DNA of 55,634 nt, from contig JAUWLR010000002.1 in the NCBI GenBank assembly GCA_030613615.1, positions 1-55,634 on the forward strand. Direction: 5' to 3'. This DNA comes from Candidatus Eiseniibacteriota bacterium (GTDB lineage Bacteria; Joyebacterota; Joyebacteria; Joyebacterales; Joyebacteraceae). The notes below the pieces were generated by a model. The model was not told the origin of the DNA, did no database searches, and saw only the letters and a program-made list of their open reading frames with translations. Every line of letters begins with the position of its first letter. The first letter of the stretch is position 1. This document shows, piece by piece, positions 1-9,228 of the stretch. The translations under genes and the position numbers were made by a program.

Positions 1-667
1 CCTTCGGGTAGAGGTTCATCATGTCAACGAGCACGCGCGTCGCGCCAGCCTCTGCCATCGCTCTCAGCATCTCAGCTATCTCATCGCCGGTATCGGTGAA
101 CGTGGGCAGCACCGGTCCGAAGAAACCCCACACGGGGATACCCTCCCGCGAGAGCTCTCGCATCGCCGCGAGCCTCCGCGAAGGGGACGGCGCGCGCGGC
201 TCGAACACGGCTGCGAGTCCTCGGTCGAGACACGTGATACTGAAGCCCACATCCGCGTTCGGTAGTTTCGATAGCACGTCGATGTCGCGGAGCACCAGGT
301 CCGATTTCGTGAGCACACCGACCTCGAAGCCCTCGGCATCGATGAACGCCTCGAGACACGACCTCGTGATGCGGTACCGCTCCTCCACTGCCTGATAGGC
401 GTCGCAGACCGTACCGAACGAGACGACACCGGGCTTCCTGCGGGGGATCTCCTTCCGCAGAACATCCGGCGCATTCTCCTTGACCCCGACGAAGCTGCCC
501 CATTCGTCCTTGATGTCGCTGAACCTCGCCATGAACGTCGCGTAGCAGTAGACGCACGCGTGCTCACACCCAAGGTAGGGATTGATGGCGTAGTCGAGTG
601 ATGGGATCTTCGACTTCGTCATCAGTGTCTTGCACTCGATCGGGAAGACCCGGGGTTTCGCCGTCAC
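1..667 (-). CDS. Radical SAM protein, SplB/COG1533-like (3' end lies beyond the window edge)
   Basis: Not in the ORF track because it runs off the window. Manual minus-strand translation gives VTAKPRVFPIECKTLMTKSKIPSLDYAINPYLGCEHACVYCYATFMARF...GVLTKSDLVLRDIDVLSKL... The CxxxCxxC cluster (CEHACVYC) is encoded at 545-568. GGGAG lies 5 nt upstream of the GTG at 667; an alternative ATG is at 622. Confidence 0.7.
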   Translation of the reverse strand, partial: MTAKPRVFPIECKTLMTKSKIPSLDYAINPYLGCEHACVYCYATFMARFSDIKDEWGSFVGVKENAPDVLRKEIPRRKPGVVSFGTVCDAYQAVEERYRITRSCLEAFIDAEGFEVGVLTKSDLVLRDIDVLSKLPNADVGFSITCLDRGLAAVFEPRAPSPSRRLAAMRELSREGIPVWGFFGPVLPTFTDTGDEIAEMLRAMAEAGATRVLVDMMNLYPK

Positions 668-699
668 TAGCGCTCCCTAGGATTGGTCAGACACCTTCT

Positions 700-746
700 G
701 TCGGTTTGACCCAGCGGCGGGGCCGTCGGTTTGACGTCAGCGGGGG
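700..746. repeat. Two direct copies of a ~22-nt element (GTCGGTTTGAC-NN-CAGCGG-GGGG), 25-nt period, upstream of the radical SAM gene
   Basis: Copy 1 is 700-722 (gtcggtttgacccagcggcgggg) and copy 2 is 725-746 (gtcggtttgacgtcagcggggg). Copy 2 contains the palindrome TGACGTCA. The repeats lie 33-80 nt upstream of the GTG at 667 on the minus strand. Confidence 0.5.
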
Positions 747-779
747 AATGGTGCGCGCACGCCGCTCAACTACGGCCCA

Positions 780-809
780 GGGTCCGCGCCAGGACTCCGG
801 CGTGGACCC
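780..809 (-). terminator. GC-rich hairpin downstream of the lipoprotein gene (terminator-like, no U-tract)
   Basis: gggtccgcgcc (780-790) pairs with ggcgtggaccc (799-809): an 11-bp stem with one G-U pair. It lies 24 nt after the stop at 833. No T-run follows. Confidence 0.3.
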
Positions 810-832
810 GCTGCGTTCGCTCTCCCTCGTGC

Positions 833-1726
833 TTACTTCACCAGCTCGGTGACCATGCTGTACTCGCGGGTGACGGGGATCATCATATCGCCGTTGGGGC
901 CGTGCACCACGATGCTGCCGTCCGCCGTGCCCTCAGTGACATCGCGTACAAGAATACCTTCCTTGTACGCGAAGTACCACGTGCCGCTCCCGTCCATGTC
1001 CGACTGCATCGTCCATTCAGCTCCCTGCTGGGTGCCGCCCCCCTCGATGGTACCGGTTAGGACGGCCGCTATCTTCGCGCACTCAAGGCCTTCTACCGTT
1101 TCGAAACCCTCGAGCGTGTTGACGGCGTGGACCGTGATGAGGGCGTCGCCCTCGTCGTTCTCCTCCGCGACCTCCACCGTGGTGGGCCACGTATCGCCGA
1201 TCGTGATCGGGCCCTCGGGCAGATCGGGGAATATCACGCCGAAGCCCGTAATGAGGCTCTTCGGACCTTGGGGTCCGATGGTGTACTGCAGGACGTCGGG
1301 GTCGGGCAATCCTCCCTCGGCTCCCAGCTTCGAGAGCGTCATGTCGAAGCTCTCGCCCACGACGTTCTCCGTATCAGCCTCGATCTCGCCCTGGGGGCTC
1401 GATACCGTCACGGTGAGATCATCGATGGTGATGCCAAGAGCATGTTCCCCGTCCGTCATGCCCTTGGGCTCGACGGAGAACGAAAGGACCTCCGTTGATT
1501 CAATCGGAATCGACTGGCCCTGGACTTCCATCGTCTGGACGAAGTCGCTCGTGAACCTGTAGGACATGGCATCGCCGCTGGACATCCGGTACTCCAGGAT
1601 GAGCCCGGTGTCCAGGTCTCCCCACGCGCAGGCGCCGGTCTTCGCCGCACAGCCCGTGAGAACGACGGTCGCAGCGGCAATGGCCACGACACACGACGCC
1701 ACGCCAAGGATCTTCTTCAGATGCAT
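833..1726 (-). CDS. Lipoprotein of unknown function
   Basis: ATG at 1726 is preceded by GGGGGGAG. Signal plus lipobox: MHLKKILGVASCVVAIAAATVVLTGC. Coding-like acidic/Thr/Gly composition. The upstream 16 codons of the tracked ORF were rejected. Confidence 0.6.
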   Translation of the reverse strand: MHLKKILGVASCVVAIAAATVVLTGCAAKTGACAWGDLDTGLILEYRMSSGDAMSYRFTSDFVQTMEVQGQSIPIESTEVLSFSVEPKGMTDGEHALGITIDDLTVTVSSPQGEIEADTENVVGESFDMTLSKLGAEGGLPDPDVLQYTIGPQGPKSLITGFGVIFPDLPEGPITIGDTWPTTVEVAEENDEGDALITVHAVNTLEGFETVEGLECAKIAAVLTGTIEGGGTQQGAEWTMQSDMDGSGTWYFAYKEGILVRDVTEGTADGSIVVHGPNGDMMIPVTREYSMVTELVK

Positions 1727-1825
1727 CACTCCCCCCTTCAGGTGAACGCTCGACACAGCCGGCCCCTCATGCAAGTAGTTCGCGTGAACCGTAGTGGATA
1801 TTCGTACCCCCGCCGTCCAGTTTCG

Positions 1826-2107
1826 CTACTCGCCTTCTTGGTCCTTCTTCATCAGTTCCTTGATCTTGCGCTCTTCCCACTCCGGACCCCAGAAACGGCC
1901 GGGACCGAAGACAGACCCCGCGTGCGCCAGAACACCCACTCCCCAGCCGAAGAGCGGCCAGTAGAACCAGAGGCTCCCTGGAGACGTGATGAGATTGAGA
2001 ACGAAGAGCGCGAGATTCACGAGGACGTAGGTCAGGAGGTGGGTGTAGAACCCCTTTATCTCCTCGACCCTCTTCCTCGCCTTCTCGTACCGGGCCTGCT
2101 CATCCAT
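1826..2107 (-). CDS. 2TM domain-containing small membrane protein
   Basis: ATG at 2107 is preceded by AGGAGG. The sequence MDEQARYEKARKRVEEIKGFYTHLLTYVLVNLALFVLNLI...WFYWPLFGWGVGVLAHA matches my memory of the 2TM (PF13239-type) layout. The longer tracked ORF N-terminus is Arg-rich junk. Confidence 0.6.
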   Translation of the reverse strand: MDEQARYEKARKRVEEIKGFYTHLLTYVLVNLALFVLNLITSPGSLWFYWPLFGWGVGVLAHAGSVFGPGRFWGPEWEERKIKELMKKDQEGE

Positions 2108-2195
2108 CTGTGCCTCCTTTGGTTCGGGGTGTGGCGGAACCGCCACGTGTTCGTGCGCCGGGGAACCGCCGGGCGCGGCGGTCCACCGGATGAAC

Positions 2196-2531
2196 TCAGG
2201 CCCCATACCTTTCTCTGAGCCGCGGGAGCCTGAACACCAGCCCCGAGCACATCGTGAAGAGCGCAACCGCCCCGAGGATTGCGACCAGGCGGATCCATGA
2301 CTGCCCGGCGGCCTCGCGGGCCGACGCCAGCGCAACGGTCGTTCGGATCCACTCGGCTCCGCCGGCGATCAGAGCGATCTGCACCACGCGCGGGACCCAC
2401 CTGCGACGAATCACCAGGATCACGGCGACCCCGACGGCGATGGCCAGAAGCGGGAAGTTCCTGGCGCGAAAGAAGTGCGCCGCCAAGAACAGCGTGCTGA
2501 TGAGAACGGGCGTCAGGCGGAGTGCGTTCAT
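2196..2531 (-). CDS. Small integral membrane protein, unknown function
   Basis: ATG at 2531 with AGGAGGA 5 nt upstream. About four hydrophobic segments (MNALRLTPVLISTLFLAAHFF...LAIAVGVAVILVI...). Confidence 0.5.
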   Translation of the reverse strand: MNALRLTPVLISTLFLAAHFFRARNFPLLAIAVGVAVILVIRRRWVPRVVQIALIAGGAEWIRTTVALASAREAAGQSWIRLVAILGAVALFTMCSGLVFRLPRLRERYGA

Positions 2532-2626
2532 GCGGTCCTCCTGATGTGACGGTCGCAAAAGAAGCACCCGGGCAACACTTGTAGGTTCCTTCCCCCCCTG
2601 TAGCAGACGGAACGCCCGACGTCCAG

Positions 2627-3904
2627 CTACGTCTTCCGCTCCTTCTTCTTCGCAGCGGGGAAGAGGACGTTGTTGAGTATCAGGCGATAGCCAGGGGAGT
2701 TCTTGTGCATGGAGAGAATCGTCGGCGGGTCGCCCACCAGGTGGCGGTAGTCCTCGGGGTCATGCCCGCCCATGAAGGTGAAGGTGCCGCGCCCCAAGTT
2801 GCCGTGGACGTACTTGACCTCGTTCTGGCCCGGGTAGTCACCCAGCACGGTAACGTGCTTCTTGACCAGACTGCGCCTGTAGCTCGTGGTCTGGCCCATG
2901 AACCCCTTGACCACATTGACGTGGCACTGCGTCAGCATGGTGGGCACGGGGTCGTGCTTGGCCGCGAACTCGAACAGCGTGAAGTAGTCGATCTCCTCGG
3001 GACGAAGGGCCGCGACCTCGGTCATGTCGATGTCCGAGAACTCGTAGACGTTGGGACTTGGTATCAGCCTGAAGTCCGTGAACGCGAGCGACTTCGAGTA
3101 ATCCAGCTTGCCCTGGTAGCCGGGCTCCGGAGGAGTCCAGTCAAACGGGGTGTCGACGATGTCCACCCCGGCCGCAGACAGTGCGATGTCGAAGCTGTCC
3201 GTGGCGGAGCACATCGCGAAGAGGAACCCGCCGCGCCGCACGTACTCCCTGATCTCGCGCGCGCTGGCCTTCTTGTGCTCGGTGACCGACGGGAATCCCT
3301 GCTCGCGGGCGAGGCGTTCGTAGTAGGTCTTCTGCTCCTTGTACCAGTCGGCGTTCCGGAACGACGCGTGGAACTTCCCGTACTGGCCCGTGAAATCCTC
3401 ATGGTGCAGATGGAGCCAATCGTACGTCTCGAGTTCCCCGGATTGAACTTCCTCGTCCCAGATTATCGTGTAGGGGATCTCGGCGTACTCCAGAGCGAGC
3501 ATCACCGCATCGTCCCATGGCTGAATGTTGTCGGGAGCGTAGAGCGCTACAGCCGGGGCCTTCTCGAGAAGGACAACCTCCATGTTCTCCTCCTCGATCT
3601 GCCGGTAGATCTGAGCGAGAGTGGCCCCATCAGGTTCTTCCCACGCGACGCCGCGGTACCGACACTCCGACCGCACGTCATCGAGCCCGTCCAGGATCAG
3701 GAAGGACCCGCTCCGGTAGTTCAGGAGCCACTCGACGCGATATCCCTTCTCGAGAGCCCAGTACGCGACTCCGTACGACTTGAGATGGTCCGTCTGGGTC
3801 AGGTCCATCGGGATCAGAGCCACTGCGTGCGCGGTCGCGCACGAGAGCAGCAGCGTCGCGGCGCAGAGTGCCAGAACAGCCGGGGCAACACGGGCTCGTC
3901 TCAC
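2627..3904 (-). CDS. Secreted protein of unknown function, last large gene of the DUF4159/DUF4175/TPR operon
   Basis: GTG start overlaps the TPR gene stop (GTGA). Signal peptide MRRARVAPAVLALCAATLLLSCATAHA. 425 aa with good coding composition. I cannot name a catalytic motif. From memory, it may belong to a family often auto-annotated as GATase1-like or asparagine-synthetase-B-like (unverified). Confidence 0.5.
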   Translation of the reverse strand: MRRARVAPAVLALCAATLLLSCATAHAVALIPMDLTQTDHLKSYGVAYWALEKGYRVEWLLNYRSGSFLILDGLDDVRSECRYRGVAWEEPDGATLAQIYRQIEEENMEVVLLEKAPAVALYAPDNIQPWDDAVMLALEYAEIPYTIIWDEEVQSGELETYDWLHLHHEDFTGQYGKFHASFRNADWYKEQKTYYERLAREQGFPSVTEHKKASAREIREYVRRGGFLFAMCSATDSFDIALSAAGVDIVDTPFDWTPPEPGYQGKLDYSKSLAFTDFRLIPSPNVYEFSDIDMTEVAALRPEEIDYFTLFEFAAKHDPVPTMLTQCHVNVVKGFMGQTTSYRRSLVKKHVTVLGDYPGQNEVKYVHGNLGRGTFTFMGGHDPEDYRHLVGDPPTILSMHKNSPGYRLILNNVLFPAAKKKERKT

Positions 3905-5748
3905 TCCTCGATTCCCTCCCCTCGTCTCAGCCGGTCCAGCTTCCGCCTGGCCTCGCCCGAGAGGACATTGGGCGGAAGGTCCTCAAGGATGGCCAGATAC
4001 TGGTCCATGGCTTCGCGTATCCGTCCCATTTTCACGGAGAGAATGTCGCCCTTCCTCATCATGGCCTCCGCACGGGCGGTGATTCCCTCGGACCCCTCGA
4101 TGATGCGGTCGTAGTAAGCGATGGCCTTCCTGGGCTCGTCGGCCACCGTCGCCGCCGCGCCAAGCAGAAGGAGCGCCTCCGTCTCGACAGCGGCGCCGGT
4201 GCCTTTGTTGGAGAGCGTCTCAAGCAACTCGCGCGACGACTTCTCGTCGCCCCTGATCCTGGTGGCGTGGGCGTCCGCGAGGAGGTTGACCGGCTCAACG
4301 TCGCCTGCCTCCTGTGCGTTTGCGATCACCAGCATGAGGCGCAGCGCGTCGTTGACGAGAGTTCCGGCCGCGTCCGCCTCGACCATCACCCTGAACTTCT
4401 CGACGGCCTTCGTGTGGTCGTGCTTCAGGAAAGAGATGAAGCCCAGCGCGAACATCGCGCTCTCGCGGATGTTGTCGGGTACGTCATCGCGAGTCAGCCC
4501 TGCCGACCGCTCGTACGCCTCGTCAAGCCGCCCCTGCTTCATGTAGGCGTCCACTTCTATGAGAGTCGCCTCCTCGTTCAGCCTGCGTGCCCGCTCGCCG
4601 AACCGCTCGCGCAGTTCCGCGACCGTTGTGAGCGCTGCGTCCGGGTCCTTGAGTACATCCAGCTCGATCTTGGCCGCCTCGAAGAGCGCGTAAGCTCCTC
4701 TGGACGAACCATCGAACGCGTGAGCTACAGACCGAAGTTCGAGGACCGCTCCAACGGGGTCGCCCTCCTCCGCAAGGATGCGCGCGGCGGCGGTGCCCGC
4801 CTGGGCGGCGCTCGACGTGCCGGGGTGGCGCTCGACGACCATCAGATAGGCCCCGCGCGCCTGCCCCCTGAGTCCTTCGTCCCTGAGTATCGTGGCGTAT
4901 TCCAGAAGCTCCGATCCCTGCCCTCCGGCGACCTCGTCGGCTCGGAGGAATGACTCGAGCGCCCTCTCGGGCAGGCTCAGCACCAGGTAGACGCTGCCGG
5001 CGAGGCCGAGCTCACTCACTGTTGCTCCCTCTGCGTCCGCTATCGTCGCCATCTTCGCGCGGACGTCGCCGCGTTTGGCTCCTTCCTCCAACATGAGCTC
5101 GATGCGATTGGTCGCCCATGACACGGCGCCGCTGTGGTTGTTGACGGTAACAAAGCACTCGTCGATCGCGGCGTCGAAATCACCGAGAGCGGTGTGGGCG
5201 GAGGTAAGCTCCTGGCTGAAAAGCGATTCGCTACGAAACGCGTCCCGGCCGGTCATGAATGTCTCGAGGGCCTGCTCGTACATCCTGTGCCTGATCTCGA
5301 GCATTCCGATCTCGGAGTAGCTGCCCGCGTCGGGCGGACCGTCCGCGAGCACCTCCAACCAGAGCTCGTGCGCCCGCTCGTGGTTCCCCACCTTCGCGTG
5401 AGCCCGGCCCAACTCCATCTTCAACTGGGTCTCCCGGGGCCGCTCCTCGAGCCTGCGCTCGAGCATCGGTATCAGGGCTTCCTCCTCCATACCGCCGGAC
5501 GAGTAGAGCCGCACCAGTCCCCAGAACGCGCGATCGTTGCCCGGGTCCTCCTGGAGGACCTCCGTGAATATCCGTATCGCCTCGTCGACCGCTCCAACCG
5601 CGGCCGCCTGCCGCGCGCGCTGGACCTTTCTCTCGGCGGGGCCCTCGTCTTCGGCGGGCACAGCGAGGGCACCCGCCGGCGCCCCCAGTGCCACCGTCAG
5701 TGCAAGAACGAGCGCCACAGTACGGGAGAACCCAGACACTCGCATCAT
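3901..5748 (-). CDS. TPR-repeat protein with signal peptide
   Basis: ATGA overlap with the upstream gene stop. Signal MMRVSGFSRTVALVLALTVALGAPAGALA. Repeated helical A/L/Y/G patterns typical of TPR run throughout (e.g. AIRIFTEVLQEDPGNDRAFWGLVRLY, ELGRAHAKVGNHERAHELWLEVL). Confidence 0.7.
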   Translation of the reverse strand: MMRVSGFSRTVALVLALTVALGAPAGALAVPAEDEGPAERKVQRARQAAAVGAVDEAIRIFTEVLQEDPGNDRAFWGLVRLYSSGGMEEEALIPMLERRLEERPRETQLKMELGRAHAKVGNHERAHELWLEVLADGPPDAGSYSEIGMLEIRHRMYEQALETFMTGRDAFRSESLFSQELTSAHTALGDFDAAIDECFVTVNNHSGAVSWATNRIELMLEEGAKRGDVRAKMATIADAEGATVSELGLAGSVYLVLSLPERALESFLRADEVAGGQGSELLEYATILRDEGLRGQARGAYLMVVERHPGTSSAAQAGTAAARILAEEGDPVGAVLELRSVAHAFDGSSRGAYALFEAAKIELDVLKDPDAALTTVAELRERFGERARRLNEEATLIEVDAYMKQGRLDEAYERSAGLTRDDVPDNIRESAMFALGFISFLKHDHTKAVEKFRVMVEADAAGTLVNDALRLMLVIANAQEAGDVEPVNLLADAHATRIRGDEKSSRELLETLSNKGTGAAVETEALLLLGAAATVADEPRKAIAYYDRIIEGSEGITARAEAMMRKGDILSVKMGRIREAMDQYLAILEDLPPNVLSGEARRKLDRLRRGEGIEE

Positions 5749-8700
5749 GGCGTCTCCTCCCCGTCGCGCGCGACGTCGGTCGTGAGCGCATGGAAGTACG
5801 CACGTATCAGCTCGCGGTACTCCGACGGGTACCCACGCTGCATCGCCCTCAAGAGGTCCTCCCGAAGCTCCTGCCTGACGCGCTCGATATCTTCAGGCAG
5901 ATCGCCCGGCCCGGACCGCGCGTAGCGGTCCGCCGTCTCGGAGGTCCGCTCGCGCGTGTAGTCGCGCCGCCTGAGCGACCTCTGGGCGTCGAGCAGGCGC
6001 GAGAGGATGCGCTTCTGCCTGTCGACCGTCTCCTGTGATGCCCCGCTCCTCTCCATCTCCTGCAGGGTTTGCGCCATCTCCTCGACGGTGTCATCCAGCC
6101 TGCCCAGGATCTCCCGGCGGTTCCCGAACTCCTCGGCGAGCCTCCTCGCCTCCTCCAGGATGCGTTCCTGCCGTCCCTTCATCTCGGCGAGCTGCCGCTC
6201 GAGTCCCGCGCTCATCCCGAGCTGCTCCATCTGCTGGCGAAGCCCCTCCGTCATGTCGTTGAGCTGAGACTGCTGCTCGCCCATTCGTTGGAGCTGCTGC
6301 ATCAGCTGGCTCATCGCACTTCCGGCGGAACCGGACGAGCTCTGGTTCGAGGTCAGAAGGCTCACGATGAGGGCGTTCACGCTGCCGAGCGCCGAGCGTG
6401 CCTCCTTGTGGCCGGCCGCGGAGCCTCCGTCGGCAATGTGCGAGGCGGCCCGGGTCATGGTCATCTGGACGGCACCGAAGGAGCGGTAGATACCGGGGTC
6501 GATGACGAAGGAGTCCTTGGACACCTGGAACATGCGATTCGCGATCGCGGACATGGCCTCGACGAGGTCGGCCTGCTTCGCAACGAGCTGCACCAGTTCA
6601 GCACGCGGGATCCTGCGGCGGCCGGCGACGGCCTTCACCACCCCTTCCTGCTCCGTCGATACACCCAGGAGCTCATCGATAGCCCGGAGCGTCGCGGCGC
6701 GGTCACGGTTCTGCAGGTTGCAGGACATGCCACCCTGGCACGACGACAGCCGCGTGAAGAGAGTCAGAAGATCGCTGGACGCCGACTGGCACATCTGCGA
6801 GGCCTCCGTGGGTTTGCTCTCGGAGAGCTTCGATCGCGCCTGCTCCATCTTCTCCGAGATCTGACAGGCTTCCATTTCAGCCGCGGCCTGGGCCATCTCG
6901 CGCGCAGCCGACGGGTCGACCTTGCTCATCTCCTCGATCGCGCGCTCGAGGTCGGCCTTGAGCTTCTCGACCTCCGCCTGCAGACTCTCCTGCTCCTTCG
7001 CCAGCGCCTGGCACTCCGAATCACTCGGGGACTGCTCTGCCTCGCGCGCCAGCTGTTCCTCCCGCGCCGCGAGGTCCTCCGCGCGGTCAGCAATGTCCGC
7101 GAGCGACTGTTCCGCCTTGGCGCGCCTCAGAAGGTTCAGCGTCTGCTCAAGACGCTTGAGGTAGTCGTCCTGGGTGATCGAGAGATTCTCCATCGCCTCA
7201 CTGACGTCCTCGGGCCTCACCCGCTCCATGGCCTCGCGAATCGCCTCGAGTAGTTCCCTCATCTCGTCGGTCGCCACCTCTTCAAGGAGCCGCTGTATCT
7301 CATCGATCTTCTCGAGCGTCTCGATCGTGATGCGGTCGGTCTCGCTCATGGAATCGGAGAGGTCGCTCAGGCGGTCCGCCATCCTGACGACATCGTCCGC
7401 GAGCTCCTCCTGCCGCTCCAGCGCACCTTCGACCCGCTCTTCGTCCTGCCAGTCGATCTCGGGCTCGCTTCTGATATCTTCCTGCATGTCCTCGAACTGT
7501 TCCCTGAGCATCTGCTGTTCCTCGAGCAGCTCACCCAGCTCGTAGGCGATGTCGTCGTGCTCACCTTGGACGTCGCTGTAGAGCTCCGACATCGACGGGA
7601 AACGCACGACGTAGCTCTCACTTCGGGACGACTTCGGGCCGGTCACCTGGTCGTTGTCCGTAACCTCCGCGTAGTAGATGAGCGAGCGCCCCGGAAGGAG
7701 CCCGGTCCCGGAGAGGTCCCACGCGGTCTCGCGCGACAGCTCACGAGGACCGCCCACGCCAAGATCCTCCAGCCTGACGATCCCCTCCTCGGACGAACCC
7801 TCGAGCGAGTACCGGAGCGACAGTGCGGAGATGCCGTAGTCGTCGACGGCCGACATGACAACAGGGAGCATCATGCCGCGCGGGGCCTCTCTGTCCTCGC
7901 CCGGCTCGACGATCCTCACCAGTGGACGTTCGTCACGGATGGCCACGATAGAGTAGGTCGGCGGGGCCGGGTTCGTGAGACCGTCCGTGTCCGCAAGCTC
8001 AATCGAGTATCCGCCGTCAGCGCGTACGGCGATCGTCGCTTCGAACGAGCGGGGCTCAAGCTGCGACATCGGGACTCGCTCACCTCCCTCGAGCACGAGC
8101 GCGGCCCGCGTGAGAGGCTTGCTCGCCGTGATTGTGACGGCGACGTTCGTGCCCCGGAGGGCCGTGATGTCGCCGTTGTTCTCGTCTACTGTTCGAGGAA
8201 GAAGTCCGCTGTACCGAGGGAAGTGGTAGTCCAGACGGATGTTCGTCACGAAGGGGCGCTCCACGACGGTGACTTCGTAGGTCGGCGACGACGCGTCTCC
8301 GACCTCCACGGAATACGAGAGGTCGCTCCTGACGTCCCTCAGGGTGGCGCGGAACTCAGCGCCAACGTGTCCGGCAGCCGTGACCTCCTGCGGCGTCATC
8401 GCCTTCAGGGAAGGCCGCTCGCCGTCGAACTCGAACACGAGAGACGGGAGGCCGCGATAGGACCCTCCCAGCGCAGCGACGACCTCGAGATCGTCGCCCG
8501 CGACGAGCGTAGCGTCGCCCGGCTTCACATCTATGCGGACGGCCGGCGCCTCGACCACGTCGAGCGGACGGGTCAGGCGTGCGAGCGCGGGTGCGAGGCG
8601 CGCGCCGAGCGCCATCATCCCCGCGGCGGCGATCAGGAGTACGGCTACCATGACACTGACGGTGCGCCGCGTGCTCCCGGGCCGGGGCGCGATGCGGAAA

Positions 8701-9179
8701 TCTACCCCCGCCGCTTCCGCGACCGTTCGCAGTATCAGCGCATCGATGAGCTCGACCGAGTAACCGTGGCGCCCCCTGCCGCGCTTGTCCCAGAGTTCAG
8801 CTGACGACTCCAGCCGCTCGCCCAACTCCGGAAGCCGCTCCTCGATCTTCGCCGCGAGTTCCACCGCATCGACCGGGCGAGCCAGCACACGAACCACCCA
8901 CAGGAGCGCTCCGCCGATGAGCAGGACCAGCGCGACGGCGAGCCACGCGACCCGGACGACCGGCGACAGCACGACCAGCGCTTCCAGAGCAACCAACGCC
9001 GCCAGCACGCCGACGATGACGGCCGTGAGCCGCACCAGCCCTGCTGCAGCTGCCTGTCTCTTCCAGTGTTCGCCCGCCGCCTTGATGCGGCGAACCAGTT
9101 CCCTGTGGCCGTGTTCCGGGCTCCGCGTTGTCACCTTCACCTCTTCAGTTCCGTTCCTTAGCGTCCCGCCGGCCAGCAC
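5745..9179 (-). CDS. Large membrane protein, DUF4175-like (N-terminal TM helices, beta-rich periplasmic region, long acidic/Gln-rich coiled-coil tail)
   Basis: 1144-aa ORF. TM segments: LVRLTAVIVGVLAALVALEALVVL, VAWLAVALVLLIGGALLWVV and VSVMVAVLLIAAAGMMALG. The C-terminal low-complexity E/Q/R/M-rich region ends ...YPSEYRELIRAYFHAL. It sits next to a DUF4159 gene. The start is uncertain: GTG at 9179 or GTG at 9134. Confidence 0.55.
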   Translation of the reverse strand: MLAGGTLRNGTEEVKVTTRSPEHGHRELVRRIKAAGEHWKRQAAAAGLVRLTAVIVGVLAALVALEALVVLSPVVRVAWLAVALVLLIGGALLWVVRVLARPVDAVELAAKIEERLPELGERLESSAELWDKRGRGRHGYSVELIDALILRTVAEAAGVDFRIAPRPGSTRRTVSVMVAVLLIAAAGMMALGARLAPALARLTRPLDVVEAPAVRIDVKPGDATLVAGDDLEVVAALGGSYRGLPSLVFEFDGERPSLKAMTPQEVTAAGHVGAEFRATLRDVRSDLSYSVEVGDASSPTYEVTVVERPFVTNIRLDYHFPRYSGLLPRTVDENNGDITALRGTNVAVTITASKPLTRAALVLEGGERVPMSQLEPRSFEATIAVRADGGYSIELADTDGLTNPAPPTYSIVAIRDERPLVRIVEPGEDREAPRGMMLPVVMSAVDDYGISALSLRYSLEGSSEEGIVRLEDLGVGGPRELSRETAWDLSGTGLLPGRSLIYYAEVTDNDQVTGPKSSRSESYVVRFPSMSELYSDVQGEHDDIAYELGELLEEQQMLREQFEDMQEDIRSEPEIDWQDEERVEGALERQEELADDVVRMADRLSDLSDSMSETDRITIETLEKIDEIQRLLEEVATDEMRELLEAIREAMERVRPEDVSEAMENLSITQDDYLKRLEQTLNLLRRAKAEQSLADIADRAEDLAAREEQLAREAEQSPSDSECQALAKEQESLQAEVEKLKADLERAIEEMSKVDPSAAREMAQAAAEMEACQISEKMEQARSKLSESKPTEASQMCQSASSDLLTLFTRLSSCQGGMSCNLQNRDRAATLRAIDELLGVSTEQEGVVKAVAGRRRIPRAELVQLVAKQADLVEAMSAIANRMFQVSKDSFVIDPGIYRSFGAVQMTMTRAASHIADGGSAAGHKEARSALGSVNALIVSLLTSNQSSSGSAGSAMSQLMQQLQRMGEQQSQLNDMTEGLRQQMEQLGMSAGLERQLAEMKGRQERILEEARRLAEEFGNRREILGRLDDTVEEMAQTLQEMERSGASQETVDRQKRILSRLLDAQRSLRRRDYTRERTSETADRYARSGPGDLPEDIERVRQELREDLLRAMQRGYPSEYRELIRAYFHALTTDVARDGEETP

Positions 9180-9228
9180 CGTCCACCCGATGCGCTCCGC
9201 GCGACGTATCCCGCCAGCGGCGCTACCG

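Noticed and set aside
2705-4953. 469-aa and 361-aa plus-strand ORFs (2705-4114, 3868-4953)
   Set aside because: They are antisense to the secreted 425-aa protein and the TPR gene. Their composition is non-protein-like (Arg/Gly/Pro/Val runs), they have no start signals, and the minus-strand genes are linked by 4-nt overlaps.
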